Below, piece by piece: positions 44,357-53,987 of a DNA stretch of 64,000 nt. This stretch comes from an uncultured Clostridia bacterium. GTDB lineage: Bacteria > Bacillota > Clostridia > TANB77 > CAG-508. Where the stretch lies: NCBI GenBank assembly GCA_947599825.1, contig CANQFS010000002.1, positions 8,669 through 72,668 of the forward strand, written 5' to 3'. The position numbers and the translations under genes were made by a program. The notes below the pieces were generated by a model. That model ran no database searches. It was given only the letters and a program-made list of their open reading frames with translations, and was not told where the DNA came from. Within the stretch, counting starts at the first letter, position 1. Every line of letters begins with the position of its first letter.

Positions 44357-45184
44357 TTATTTTCTTCTCTTAACAATCATTTTGTTAGATTTTTTATTTT
44401 TCTTTCTAGTCTTGTATCCTAGAGCTGGTTTACCCCAAGGTGTCATTGGTCCTGCGTGTCCTACTGGAGCTCTACCTTCACCACCACCATGAGGGTGATC
44501 TACTGGGTTCATAACAGAACCTCTAACTGTTGGACGAATTCCTAAATGTCTTGTTCTTCCTGCTTTACCTAGTTTTACGTTTTCATGATCTGTGTTTCCT
44601 ACAGTTCCGATAGTTGCTCTACATCTTGTCATAACTAATCTCATTTCTCCAGATGGAAGTCTTACGTGAGCATATTTTCCTTCTTTAGCCATTAATTGTG
44701 CTTCTTGGCCAGCTGCTCTTACCATTTTTCCACCTTGGCCTGGATTTAATTCTATGTTATGAATCATAGTACCTACTGGAATTGCTTCAATTGGCATTGC
44801 ATTTCCTGGTTTAATATCTGCTTTTTGTCCAGATACTACTTTGTCACCATCGGTTAGTCCTACTGGTGCTAAGATGTAGCTTAAAGTTCCATCTTCATAT
44901 TTTATTAAAGCGATGTTAGCACTTCTGTTTGGGTCATATTCAATACCTACTACAGTTGCTTCCATATCATCTTTGTTTCTTTTAAAATCAATTACTCTAT
45001 ATTTTTGTCTATTTCCTCCACCTTGGTGACGAACTGTTACTCTACCATAAGAGTTTCTTCCTGCTTTTTCTTTCTTTACTGTTAATAAAGATTTTTCAGG
45101 AGTTTTTTTGGTAATTTCGTCAAATGTAGAAACTGTTGTGTTTCTTAATGATGGGGTTGTTGGTCTAAAGTGTTTCATTCCCAT
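44357..45184 (-). CDS. rplB: 50S ribosomal protein L2
   Basis: Starts [11 protein letters not shown], with AAGGAG 7 nt upstream. The N-terminal extension on the ORF track was rejected. Confidence 0.88.
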   Translation of the reverse strand: MGMKHFRPTTPSLRNTTVSTFDEITKKTPEKSLLTVKKEKAGRNSYGRVTVRHQGGGNRQKYRVIDFKRNKDDMEATVVGIEYDPNRSANIALIKYEDGTLSYILAPVGLTDGDKVVSGQKADIKPGNAMPIEAIPVGTMIHNIELNPGQGGKMVRAAGQEAQLMAKEGKYAHVRLPSGEMRLVMTRCRATIGTVGNTDHENVKLGKAGRTRHLGIRPTVRGSVMNPVDHPHGGGEGRAPVGHAGPMTPWGKPALGYKTRKKNKKSNKMIVKRRK

Positions 45185-45214
45185 TTTGTTTCTCCTTTCG
45201 GATTTATGAAAAAC

Positions 45215-45302
45215 TTCGTCTTGCGTTGTCAAACTTCGCTTCGAAATTTCTTGGTGTACCAATGTACACCTGCGGATTTCTTGCTCGTTTTCCTAGCAAT
45301 AC
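45215..45302 (-). repeat. E-family repeat element copy 4, in inverted orientation relative to copies 1-3
   Basis: The plus strand reads GTCTTGCGTTGTCAAAC...GGTGTACCAATGTACACC...TTTCCTAGCAAT. It forms an inverted pair with copy 3 around the small ORF. Confidence 0.55.
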
Positions 45303-45410
45303 TCGTTTTTGCTAAATCCTCTTACTTTCTTAATATTTACGGTTATTTTTCCTGCCCCGCATTAGCAGATATTCTTTCTTTTCCGAGTTATTTCTCGATA
45401 AAATCTTTAT

Positions 45411-45584
45411 TTATCTTTCTTCTCTTCTTTTTAAAATTTCTTCTCCATTTACAAATCTTTCTAATGCTTTGTCAAATATTTCTTCTTGATTTTCTGGTGG
45501 TAAACAATATTTTGCTATAAATCCATCTTCTGGAATTTTATTTCTTTTTAAGAATTCTTTTCTTTTTTCACTTGTTTCGCTCAT
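45411..45584 (-). CDS. Small hypothetical protein (57 aa) inserted between rplW and rplB
   Basis: An ORF flanked by inverted E-elements, with RBS GGAAGGTG. No homology was recognised. Confidence 0.35.
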   Translation of the reverse strand: MSETSEKRKEFLKRNKIPEDGFIAKYCLPPENQEEIFDKALERFVNGEEILKRREER

Positions 45585-45631
45585 ATTTTTCACCTTCCTC
45601 TATTTTTAGACAAACGAATCAAAATTAGTAG

Positions 45632-45745
45632 ATTGCTAGGCAAATTTAATAATTAACACCTGAGGCGTACGTGTGTACGTTGAAGGTTTAATTATTAAAT
45701 TTAACGACGCAAGATGCTGATTTTCATTCGTTTAGGCTAAGCACC
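45632..45745 (+). repeat. E-family repeat element copy 3
   Basis: Reads ATTGCTAGGCAAAT...18-bp AT-rich stem around CGTACGTGTGTACG...TTAACGACGCAAGATGC. Confidence 0.55.
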
Positions 45746-46084
45746 CATGAATTCATCAATTGAATCTTTGTATTTCTTTGTCATTTTTGTAGCTTTTCCG
45801 CCTTTAGCAAGATATGTTTTTTCAGCTGGATTAGTATCAATTGTTACAATTGCTTTTTTCCAATCTGAAGTTTTTCCTTCATATCTTCCCATTCTTTTCA
45901 TTTTTCCTTTTACAGTAACAGTATTTACTTTTAATACTTTTACTTCAAATAATTTTTCTACTGCGTTTGCAATATCAACTTTTGTTGCTTTTTTATTTAC
46001 TTCAAAAGTGTATTTTCCTTCTTGCATTCCATCATTACTTTTTTCTGTTATAACAGGTGCAATGATAATATCTTCTGGTTTCAT
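45737..46084 (-). CDS. rplW: 50S ribosomal protein L23
   Basis: 115 aa. Confidence 0.9.
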   Translation of the reverse strand: MKPEDIIIAPVITEKSNDGMQEGKYTFEVNKKATKVDIANAVEKLFEVKVLKVNTVTVKGKMKRMGRYEGKTSDWKKAIVTIDTNPAEKTYLAKGGKATKMTKKYKDSIDEFMGA

Positions 46085-46707
46085 TATGCATACACCTCCT
46101 CTAATTTCTTAACAGTATCTAGAGTAATTACTAAATTTTTGTATTTTAATAAGTCATATACGTTGATAGTATTTACTAATGTAGTTTTTACTCCTTCAAT
46201 GTTTCTTGCAGATTTTTGAACGTTTTCGTTCTTTTCTGGTAATAACATTAATGTTTTACCTTCTACTTTTAAGTTATTTAAAATCTTAACCATTTCTTTG
46301 GTTTTAATTTCTTTCATATCTAATTTGTCAACTACTACTAATTCATTTTCTAATACTTTTGAGCTTAGAACTGATTTAATAGCAAGTCTCTTTTCTTTTT
46401 TATTTACAGTGTAGCTGTATGAACGTGGTTTTGGTCCTAAAGCGATACCACCTTTAATCCATTGTGGTGCTCTAATAGAACCTTGTCTTGCTCTACCTGT
46501 TCCTTTTTGTCTCCATGGTTTTCTTCCACCACCGCTAACTTCTGATCTTGTCTTAGTACTTTGTGTACCTTGTCTTTGATTTGCTAAGAAGTTTACAAGT
46601 ACGCTATGTACGACAGCTTCGTTTGGTTCAATTCCAAAAATAGCTTCGTTTAACTCTACTTCTTTTACTTTCTTTCCTTCTATACTATATACGTCTATTT
46701 TAGGCAT
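46084..46707 (-). CDS. rplD: 50S ribosomal protein L4
   Basis: 207 aa. Confidence 0.9.
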   Translation of the reverse strand: MPKIDVYSIEGKKVKEVELNEAIFGIEPNEAVVHSVLVNFLANQRQGTQSTKTRSEVSGGGRKPWRQKGTGRARQGSIRAPQWIKGGIALGPKPRSYSYTVNKKEKRLAIKSVLSSKVLENELVVVDKLDMKEIKTKEMVKILNNLKVEGKTLMLLPEKNENVQKSARNIEGVKTTLVNTINVYDLLKYKNLVITLDTVKKLEEVYA

Positions 46708-46724
46708 TTACTTTTCCTCCTTCC

Positions 46725-47354
46725 TTATGCTTTTACACTTGTTTTTATTTTTAAGATAGCACCTTTTACTCCTGGTACACTACCTTTAACTAAAATTACG
46801 TTTTTATCCATATCAACACGTACTACGTCTAAGTTTTGGATTGTAATGGTTTGAACTCCCATGTGTCCTGGTAATTTCTTTCCTTTAAATACTCTACCTG
46901 GTGTTGAAGTTGGTCCCATTGAACCTGGTCTTCTGTGATACATAGAGCCATGTCCCATTGGTCCTCTACTTTGACCATGACGTTTGATAACACCTTGGAA
47001 ACCTTTTCCTTTTGAAGTTCCTTGAACATCAATTTTATCTCCAGCTACAAAAGTATCAGCTTTAATTTCATCTCCTACTTTATAGCTTTCAATTGAATCT
47101 ACACGAAATTCTCTTAAGTGTTTCTTTGGTGTAACACTTGCTTTTGCATAATGTCCTTTAACTGGTTTGTTTACTTTACTTTCTTTTACTTCTCCGAAGC
47201 CTAATTGAACTGCGTCATATCCATCTGTTTCAACTGTTTTAACTTGTGCTACAACGCATGGTCCTACTTCGATTACAGTAACTGGAATAACTTTTCCTGT
47301 TTCATCAAAGATTTGAGTCATTCCTATTTTCTTTCCTATAATTGCTTTTTTCAT
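46725..47354 (-). CDS. rplC: 50S ribosomal protein L3
   Basis: 209 aa. Confidence 0.9.
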   Translation of the reverse strand: MKKAIIGKKIGMTQIFDETGKVIPVTVIEVGPCVVAQVKTVETDGYDAVQLGFGEVKESKVNKPVKGHYAKASVTPKKHLREFRVDSIESYKVGDEIKADTFVAGDKIDVQGTSKGKGFQGVIKRHGQSRGPMGHGSMYHRRPGSMGPTSTPGRVFKGKKLPGHMGVQTITIQNLDVVRVDMDKNVILVKGSVPGVKGAILKIKTSVKA

Positions 47355-47450
47355 TTTAAATTTCCTCCTAACTTATATTGGCTAATATGTTTCATTTAAT
47401 ATTAGCTTGTAAATTAGCTTATTTAAGTATTGCTAATTTTGTTTTTTAAA

Positions 47451-47777
47451 CTATAATTTGATTTCGATATCAACACCAGCTGGTAAATCAATTTTCATTA
47501 AACTATCAACTGTTTTTTGTGTTGGATAAAGAATGTCAATTAATCTTTTATGTGTTCTCATTTCAAATTGCTCTCTTGAATCTTTGTGTTTGTGTGGAGA
47601 ACGTAAGATTGTAACGATTTCTTTTTGTGTTGGTAATGGAATAGGTCCTGAAACTTTTGAGCCTGTTCTTTTAGCAGTTTCTACTATTTGTTCAGCAGAC
47701 TTTTCTAGAAGTTCAGCATCATAAGCTTTTAGTCTTATTCTCATTTTCTCACTTCCTACTTTGTTTGATGTTGCCAT
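47451..47777 (-). CDS. rpsJ: 30S ribosomal protein S10
   Basis: Starts [20 protein letters not shown] with GGAGG 8 nt upstream. The ORF-track extension was rejected. Confidence 0.88.
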   Translation of the reverse strand: MATSNKVGSEKMRIRLKAYDAELLEKSAEQIVETAKRTGSKVSGPIPLPTQKEIVTILRSPHKHKDSREQFEMRTHKRLIDILYPTQKTVDSLMKIDLPAGVDIEIKL

Positions 47778-47784
47778 TTGTTTT

Positions 47785-47878
47785 TCCTCCTTTTTCTTCG
47801 GTAAGGGTACGCATCTTTCCTTAACGTCATTTTCACTAAGGATAAGATACATTCCCTTCTTGTGAATAAATGATGTCA
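47785..47878 (-). promoter_or_regulatory. L-family structured leader element upstream of rpsJ
   Basis: The sense strand reads TGACATCATTTATTCACAAGAAGGGAATGTATCTTATCCTTAG...TTAAGGAAAGATGCGTACCCTTACCGAAGAAAAAGGAGG. Confidence 0.55.
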
Positions 47879-48202
47879 TTTTTTTGATGCTCGCCTTCCT
47901 AAAATATTTTGCTAGCAGAAAGTTTTAAAACGCACCCTGGTGTTTCTTTATTTACCAATATAAAACCCAATGATTGCATGAAAAACGATTCTAAGAATCG
48001 CATGTTTATCTAGTACGGAGCTTTTCTTCGCTATCGCTTGAAAATTCCTACTATCTAAAAATCTTGGGATAAGTGCTTTTATTTTTTTATAAAACTTACC
48101 GCCTGGTCTAAGCCATGACATACTCCATAGAAGTTCCCTCCACCTTACGCATTGTTAAGATGTAGCCACATTCTACTTCATCGCTTTGTTTACATGCTTA
48201 TT

Positions 48203-48231
48203 TAGTATACAATGGATTTCCGTAAATGTCA
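48203..48231 (-). promoter_or_regulatory. S10-operon promoter
   Basis: The minus strand reads TTGACA-17-TATACT. This implies a 5' UTR of about 420 nt. Confidence 0.55.
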
Positions 48232-48396
48232 AGGTTTTTTTGTAATTTTTTTGTAAAATTTCCAGAAAATTTTTATAAGCAAATTTGAATTTAATTATAA
48301 AATTTAATTGTGTTTAAAATTGTGGGTTGAAAATTTATAAAAAAATAAGATTGTATAATTTATATTTTTTACAATCTTATTTTTAAAATTTATCTT

Positions 48397-49518
48397 TTAA
48401 TTAGCTTGTTTTAGTTCTTTTTTCATTTTTTCTAATTCTTTTTGATTTGTCCCTGTCACTGCTTTTATTATTTTATCATCTAATTTTAACTTTATCATTT
48501 TTCTTATTGTTTCTATTCTATTCTCTATTTTTCCTTCTATTTTTCCTTCTTCTATTGCCTTTACTCTTATTTCTAGCCTTTCTCTTCTTTCATTTTCATG
48601 TATCCTTTCTGCTAATGTCATACTTTTTTCCTCCTTCTTTGCTTTATTTAATACTGTTTCTAGCTGTTCTTGCTCAATTATTCCCTCTGCTTTATATCTT
48701 ATTATGTCTTTTATTTTTTCTAAATTTTTATTTTTACTTGCTTTTAATATTTCTTCTACATTCTTTACAAACTCTACTGAATTTTCACTTTTTTCTAGTA
48801 ACATTACTTTTGATAATATATTATCTTCCTTTAATAGTTCTTCTTTACTATATGCGTGAATATCTACCAAACTTATTTCTTCTTTTTCTTCATACCATTT
48901 TGCTTCTTCTTTTAGCTCTTGCATACTTAATTTTGCATTCCACTTCTCTTCTCCTGTATAAATGATAATTGGTATTATTAATGGATATTTATACGATTTT
49001 CTTTTTCTTTCCTTCTCATCTATTATAACTCGCATAATTTCAATACTATATTCCATCATTCTATATGCTATAGAATAGTCTATTGTTGACTGATGTTCTA
49101 TTAAGAAAAAGATGTTTTTACCTTTTATTTTATATATAATATCAGATTCTCTATCTTGATAATTACTTGTAATAAATCTATTTGAATATAGTTCTATTTC
49201 TTCCTTTATTTCTTGTTTTGGTTTTAGGGCTTTATTTATTAGACTTAATGCTTCTTCTTTTGTCATTAATATATCTCGAATTATTTTATCATGTTCATTA
49301 TTTTTGTCATAGATATATTCTGCTGGCTCTTCTTTCAGTATACATTGTTTTTCTTCTGGCTCCATTAATTCATATAATTCATCTAAATATGTTTCTTTTC
49401 GTTCACTAAAATATTTGTAGTTCTTCTTTTTTAATTCTTCTTTTTTATTTCTTAGTTCCTCTTTTTGCTTTTGAAATTCTTCATATTTTAGATAATCTTT
49501 GTATGTAATTTTTAGCAA
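48397..49518 (-). CDS. Rpn-family recombination-promoting nuclease / putative transposase (YhgA-like)
   Basis: A PD-(D/E)xK-like core (DIIYKIK...IFFLIEHQS) and a C-terminal DUF4351-like repeat region (IEEGKIEGKIEN). Confidence 0.65.
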   Translation of the reverse strand: MLKITYKDYLKYEEFQKQKEELRNKKEELKKKNYKYFSERKETYLDELYELMEPEEKQCILKEEPAEYIYDKNNEHDKIIRDILMTKEEALSLINKALKPKQEIKEEIELYSNRFITSNYQDRESDIIYKIKGKNIFFLIEHQSTIDYSIAYRMMEYSIEIMRVIIDEKERKRKSYKYPLIIPIIIYTGEEKWNAKLSMQELKEEAKWYEEKEEISLVDIHAYSKEELLKEDNILSKVMLLEKSENSVEFVKNVEEILKASKNKNLEKIKDIIRYKAEGIIEQEQLETVLNKAKKEEKSMTLAERIHENERRERLEIRVKAIEEGKIEGKIENRIETIRKMIKLKLDDKIIKAVTGTNQKELEKMKKELKQAN

Positions 49519-49782
49519 ATTTTACCTCCTATGTTTGTTACGCTATCTTTACTACATTATTAATATAAATTTAAAAGTTAAGTTATTTTTTCTAATACCT
49601 CCTTTCTCTCCCCTTTTTTATTTTTTTCTTGATTTTTTTTAGAATCAATTTTTTGATATTAATTTTTTGAACCCAATATTATTTTTATAGTTCTATTAAA
49701 GCACATAAATAGCAAAAAAGCAAGAATTTTTCATCGCCTTTTTTTGACAAAATTCTATCTTTATATTTTGTATCCAAATCTT

Positions 49783-49817
49783 TCCAAATTTGCATTTTTC
49801 GCATATTTGTAGTATAA
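49783..49817 (+). promoter_or_regulatory. Promoter for the small plus-strand ORF
   Basis: Reads TTGCAT-17-TATAAT with a TG extension. Confidence 0.4.
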
Positions 49818-49860
49818 TAATAGTATATAGGCAAAAGTCTATGCATAAGGAGGAAAAAAA

Positions 49861-50077
49861 TTTGAGTGCTAACTTAAGTAACTACAATGTTCGGAATTTA
49901 ATGGTAAACAAGGAGAAGAATTCGGATTTTCTTGATGAATTTCATGAGAATGAAAAATGTCGGGATTGTAAAATTCTTAGAGTTCTTGTATCTGGGAATT
50001 ATTACATCTATACCTTTGAAATTTCAAGTGCCGAACAAAGAGAAGAATTAAAAAGAATTCAAGATGATTGGATCTAA
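49861..50077 (+). CDS. Small hypothetical protein
   Basis: A TTG start 8 nt after AAGGAGG. An upstream ATG at 49841 is the alternative start. A terminator follows. Confidence 0.4.
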
Positions 50078-50090
50078 CTTTTTTCTCCCG

Positions 50091-50113
50091 AGGGGCTTCT
50101 TTAGAAGCCCCTT
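50091..50113 (+). terminator. Rho-independent terminator
   Basis: The stem gaggggcttc/gaagcccct with loop ttta, followed by a T-run. Confidence 0.65.
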
Positions 50114-50190
50114 TTTATATTATAAAATAAAAACATACAGAATAATTTTACTTAATAATTCATATATATAATAGCAGGAGGTTGTATTTT

Positions 50191-51672
50191 ATGTTTCAAA
50201 AATATATTTTAGAAAATAGACGAAATATTGTTAGTAGTGTTTGTGATTTAATCACTTTCCCTAGTATTTCAGAAGAAACAAATAATCCACATTTTCCATT
50301 TGGAAAAGCGTGTTCTGATAGTTTAAAGTATTTTTTAAGTTTAGCAAGTTCATTAGGCTTTCGTACTAAAAATGTAGATGGCTATTGTGGCTGGGCTGAA
50401 TTTGGTGAAGGAGAAGAACTTATTGGCATTATTGGTCATTTAGATGTTGTTCCTGCTAAAGAAGAAGATTGGAGCTACTCACCTTTCGTTCCTACTATTA
50501 ATAATAATTGTATTTATGGTAGAGGTGCTATAGACGACAAAGGGCCTGTTATTGCTTCTCTTTATGCTATGAAGGCTGTTATGGATTATTCAAAAGAGAA
50601 TAATATTCCTATTAAAAAAAGAGTAAGATTGATTGTTGGCTTAAATGAGGAAAAAGATTGGAAATGTATTGATTACTATAAAGAACATGAAGAAATTCCT
50701 ACTTTAGGTTTTAGTCCAGACAGTGATTTTCCTTGTATTTATGCAGAAAAATCAGTTATTTCTATTCAGTTATGTGAAAAGTTGTCGGCAATCCAATATA
50801 CACTTCGCAATAGATTCTCTAGGCAAGAAAGTCAATTGAGTATTGAAGAAATTGACTGCAATCAAAATGCTATTAACGTTGTGCCTAAATTTTGTAGTAT
50901 AACTCTATTTTTAAAAGATAACAAATATATGTCTGAACTTATTTCTACTTGTAAACAGACAATAGAGGAATGTAACTATGATATTGATTTATATAAAATT
51001 GATGAGCACCATTTAAAGCTTTCTTCTTACGGAATAGCGTCTCATAGTGCTCACCCTGAGTTAGGAAAAAATGCAATTTCAAAATTGATAATTGCGATTT
51101 CTAATATCTTTTCAAAATGGCACATTTCTTTTCCTCTATTTGAAGATTTTTGTAAATTAATTGGTGACGATTATACAGGAAAGAATATAGAATTAAATAT
51201 AGAAGATGAGTCTGGTGCTCTTACATTAAACCCTTCCCAATTATTTATAAAAGATAATAAAGTATGTATTAGCATAAATTTGAGGGTTCCTGTTCATACA
51301 AAGCCAGAAGAAGTAATTGATAAATTTAAAGAAAAGTTTGGTTGCGAGGTCTCTGTTCTTAAAATTCAACCTGCTTTATATATAGAAAAAGATAATTTTT
51401 TAGTACAAAAATTATGCTCTATTTTTAATGAAGCTTGTAATTCTCATTTTGAACCTATAGCTATTGGTGGTGCTACCTATGCTAGGGCATTTCCTAATTG
51501 TATATCTTTTGGAATGAATTTTCCAAAAGATAAAGATATGTGTCATCAGGCAGATGAATTTATTGAAATTAACAAACTTATACTAGCATGTAATATTTAT
51601 GCAAAGGCAATTTTTGAATTGTTGCAGTCTTCTGATTCTTCGTCAAATACTATGATTTCAGAGAATGGTTAA
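50191..51672 (+). CDS. M20 family dipeptidase (PepV-like)
   Basis: The motifs HLDVVPA and GRGAIDDKG. The start sits 9 nt after AGGAGG. Confidence 0.75.
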   Translation: MFQKYILENRRNIVSSVCDLITFPSISEETNNPHFPFGKACSDSLKYFLSLASSLGFRTKNVDGYCGWAEFGEGEELIGIIGHLDVVPAKEEDWSYSPFVPTINNNCIYGRGAIDDKGPVIASLYAMKAVMDYSKENNIPIKKRVRLIVGLNEEKDWKCIDYYKEHEEIPTLGFSPDSDFPCIYAEKSVISIQLCEKLSAIQYTLRNRFSRQESQLSIEEIDCNQNAINVVPKFCSITLFLKDNKYMSELISTCKQTIEECNYDIDLYKIDEHHLKLSSYGIASHSAHPELGKNAISKLIIAISNIFSKWHISFPLFEDFCKLIGDDYTGKNIELNIEDESGALTLNPSQLFIKDNKVCISINLRVPVHTKPEEVIDKFKEKFGCEVSVLKIQPALYIEKDNFLVQKLCSIFNEACNSHFEPIAIGGATYARAFPNCISFGMNFPKDKDMCHQADEFIEINKLILACNIYAKAIFELLQSSDSSSNTMISENG

Positions 51673-51754
51673 TTTGTAGATTAAAAATCAAACATACTAA
51701 TATTAGCAAATTTTAATTAATGGCTGTCCAAATGAATTGCCAAGTAAAAAAGCG

Positions 51755-51810
51755 AGCTTAGGATTTTCTAACAAATGGAAATTTTAAGAAAATCTAAGCT
51801 TCGCATAATT
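51755..51810 (-). repeat. Dispersed palindromic element copy (degenerate)
   Basis: Reads GCGAGCTTAGGATTTTCTAACAAATGGAAATTTTAAGAAAATCTAAGCTTCGC, matching the copies at 23365 and 13896. Confidence 0.5.
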
Positions 51811-51863
51811 CTTCTCTACGCCCAAGTCTATCGTCTTCGGCGATGACTTTCCTAGAGTATAAA

Positions 51864-51887
51864 AACCTTCCTTTATTTAGGAAGGTT
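51864..51887. terminator. Bidirectional terminator between pepV and spoVG
   Basis: The stem aaccttcc/ggaaggtt with loop tttattta. Confidence 0.6.
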
Positions 51888-51900
51888 TTTGATTTTTATA

Positions 51901-52182
51901 TTATTCTGCTGATTCTGATGTTTCTTCAGTTTCTGGAGCTTCATAAGCTTCTAATATAGCTTTTTGAATTTTCTCTCTTGTCTCAGCATTGATTGGATGA
52001 GCTATATCCTTGAATTCTCCGTTTGGAGTTTTTCTGCTTGGCATAGCAATAAATAATCCATTTTGGCTTTCGATAACTTTAATATCATGTACTGCGAATT
52101 CGTTATCGAATGTTACAGAAGCAACAGCTTTCATTCTGTTTTCTGAATTTACTTTTCTTAAACGTACATCTGTAATTTGCAT
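51901..52182 (-). CDS. spoVG: Septation protein SpoVG
   Basis: Starts [38 protein letters not shown], with RBS AGAGGTG. Confidence 0.9.
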   Translation of the reverse strand: MQITDVRLRKVNSENRMKAVASVTFDNEFAVHDIKVIESQNGLFIAMPSRKTPNGEFKDIAHPINAETREKIQKAILEAYEAPETEETSESAE

Positions 52183-52506
52183 TTTAAGCACCTCTTTCTA
52201 CTGTTTTTAATATTTGTACATTTCTTATGTACAATAATATTATTCGTCAAAAATATATTTTTTCCTTCTGTTTTTTACAAATTTTCAAAAAATATTTTTT
52301 CTTATTTTTTATTATGCACACTTTTTTCTAAAAAATGCATACAATACACTAGAACTTTTATAAAAGTATTGAAAACTAAATAAAAAAATTATATAATAGC
52401 TTATGAATTTAGCTAATATTAATATTTCTATGGATATTTTTTATTATAAAATTTGAAAGTATATTATTTTAATAAATACAATAACTATAAAAAGGAGGCA
52501 CTTCTA

Positions 52507-53886
52507 TTGACTAACTTAGATGAATTAAAACAATATAAATCTATTTATATGATTGGCATTGGTGGCGTTAGTATGAGTGGGATTGCAGAAATTTTAAAGC
52601 ATTGGGGCTTTACTGTTATTGGCTCTGATTGGGCTGAGTCAGAAACTACAAAAAAATTAAACTTAGACGGCATTCATGTTATCATTGGTCATGATGTAAA
52701 TATGGTTGCTAAAGCTGACCTTGTTGTTTATACTGCTGCTATTAAAGAAGATGATCCAGAACTTGTAAAGGCTAAAGAACTTGGTATAAAAACTATGGAA
52801 AGAGCTGATTTTTTAGGTCTTCTTACAAAAGCTTTTGATGATACTATTTGTATTTCCGGTACACATGGAAAAACAACAACTACCTCTATGGTTTCTATGT
52901 GCTTCTTAGAAGCAGGTTTAGACCCTTCTATTCAAGTTGGAGCTACTTTAAAGGCAATTGATGGAAATTACCGTATTGGAAACAGCAAGCATTTCATTAT
53001 TGAAGCATGCGAATATGTAGAAAGCTTTTTAAAATTTTATCCTAAAGCAGAAATCATTTTAAATATTGATAATGACCATTTAGATTATTTTAAAAATATT
53101 GAAAATATCAATCAAGCTTTTATAAAATATGTAAAACTTTTGCCAGAAGATGGCTTATTAGTAGTCAACTTAGATAATGAATATTGCTCTCATTTACATG
53201 AATATACCAATGCAAAAGTAATTACTTATGGTGTTCAGAACGAAAAAGCAAACTTTTTAGCACGAAATATTACCTTTGATAAAAATGGTTTTCCTCGTTT
53301 TGATGTTTATTACAATAACCGTTTTTATAGTTCTTTTGAATTATCTGTTCCAGGTGCACACAACGTACTAGATGCTTTAGCTTGTATTAGTTTGTGCGAT
53401 GCTTATGGAATTTCAAAATCAGATATAAAATCTGCATTAAAAAAATATACTGGAGCTTGCAGGCGTTTTGAATATATAGGTCAATTTGATGGTGTTTCTA
53501 TTTATGATGATTATGGTCACCACCCTACAGAAATAATAGCAACAGCAAATGCTTTAAAAAAGAAAGTTTATAATCATTCTTGGGTTGTTTTTCAACCACA
53601 CACTTATAGTAGAACATCAAATTTATTAGATGATTTTGCTAATAGTTTAACTTATTTTGATAATATTATTATTACTGATATTTATGCAGCAAGAGAAATA
53701 AATACTTATGGTATTTCTTCTAATGACCTTGTTAATAAAATTAAAGAATTAGGTAGAAAAGCAATTTACATACCAGAGTTTCAGGATATTGTTTCTTATT
53801 TAAAAGAAAATGTAGAAAAAAATGATATTATTCTAACTTTAGGCGCTGGAACTATTACAAATGTTGGACCAATGCTATTAAAATAG
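52507..53886 (+). CDS. murC: UDP-N-acetylmuramate--L-alanine ligase
   Basis: A TTG start 8 nt after GGAGG, the motifs GIGGVSMSGIA and GTHGKTTTT, and 459 aa. Confidence 0.85.
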   Translation: MTNLDELKQYKSIYMIGIGGVSMSGIAEILKHWGFTVIGSDWAESETTKKLNLDGIHVIIGHDVNMVAKADLVVYTAAIKEDDPELVKAKELGIKTMERADFLGLLTKAFDDTICISGTHGKTTTTSMVSMCFLEAGLDPSIQVGATLKAIDGNYRIGNSKHFIIEACEYVESFLKFYPKAEIILNIDNDHLDYFKNIENINQAFIKYVKLLPEDGLLVVNLDNEYCSHLHEYTNAKVITYGVQNEKANFLARNITFDKNGFPRFDVYYNNRFYSSFELSVPGAHNVLDALACISLCDAYGISKSDIKSALKKYTGACRRFEYIGQFDGVSIYDDYGHHPTEIIATANALKKKVYNHSWVVFQPHTYSRTSNLLDDFANSLTYFDNIIITDIYAAREINTYGISSNDLVNKIKELGRKAIYIPEFQDIVSYLKENVEKNDIILTLGAGTITNVGPMLLK

Positions 53887-53893
53887 AAAAGAA

Positions 53894-53986
53894 GGAAAGA
53901 TTTGGGACGCGTTCATTTCTTTCCATCTTTTTCTTTTATTGTAAATATATAAAATGGAAAGATTTGGACGCGTCCCAAATCTTTCC
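53894..53986. repeat. REP-like palindromic elements (GGAAAGATTTGGGACGCGTCCCAAATCTTTCC), two copies
   Basis: A partial copy at 53894-53924 and a near-perfect palindrome at 53956-53986, between the convergent murC and spoIVB genes. Confidence 0.6.
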
Positions 53987-53987
53987 A

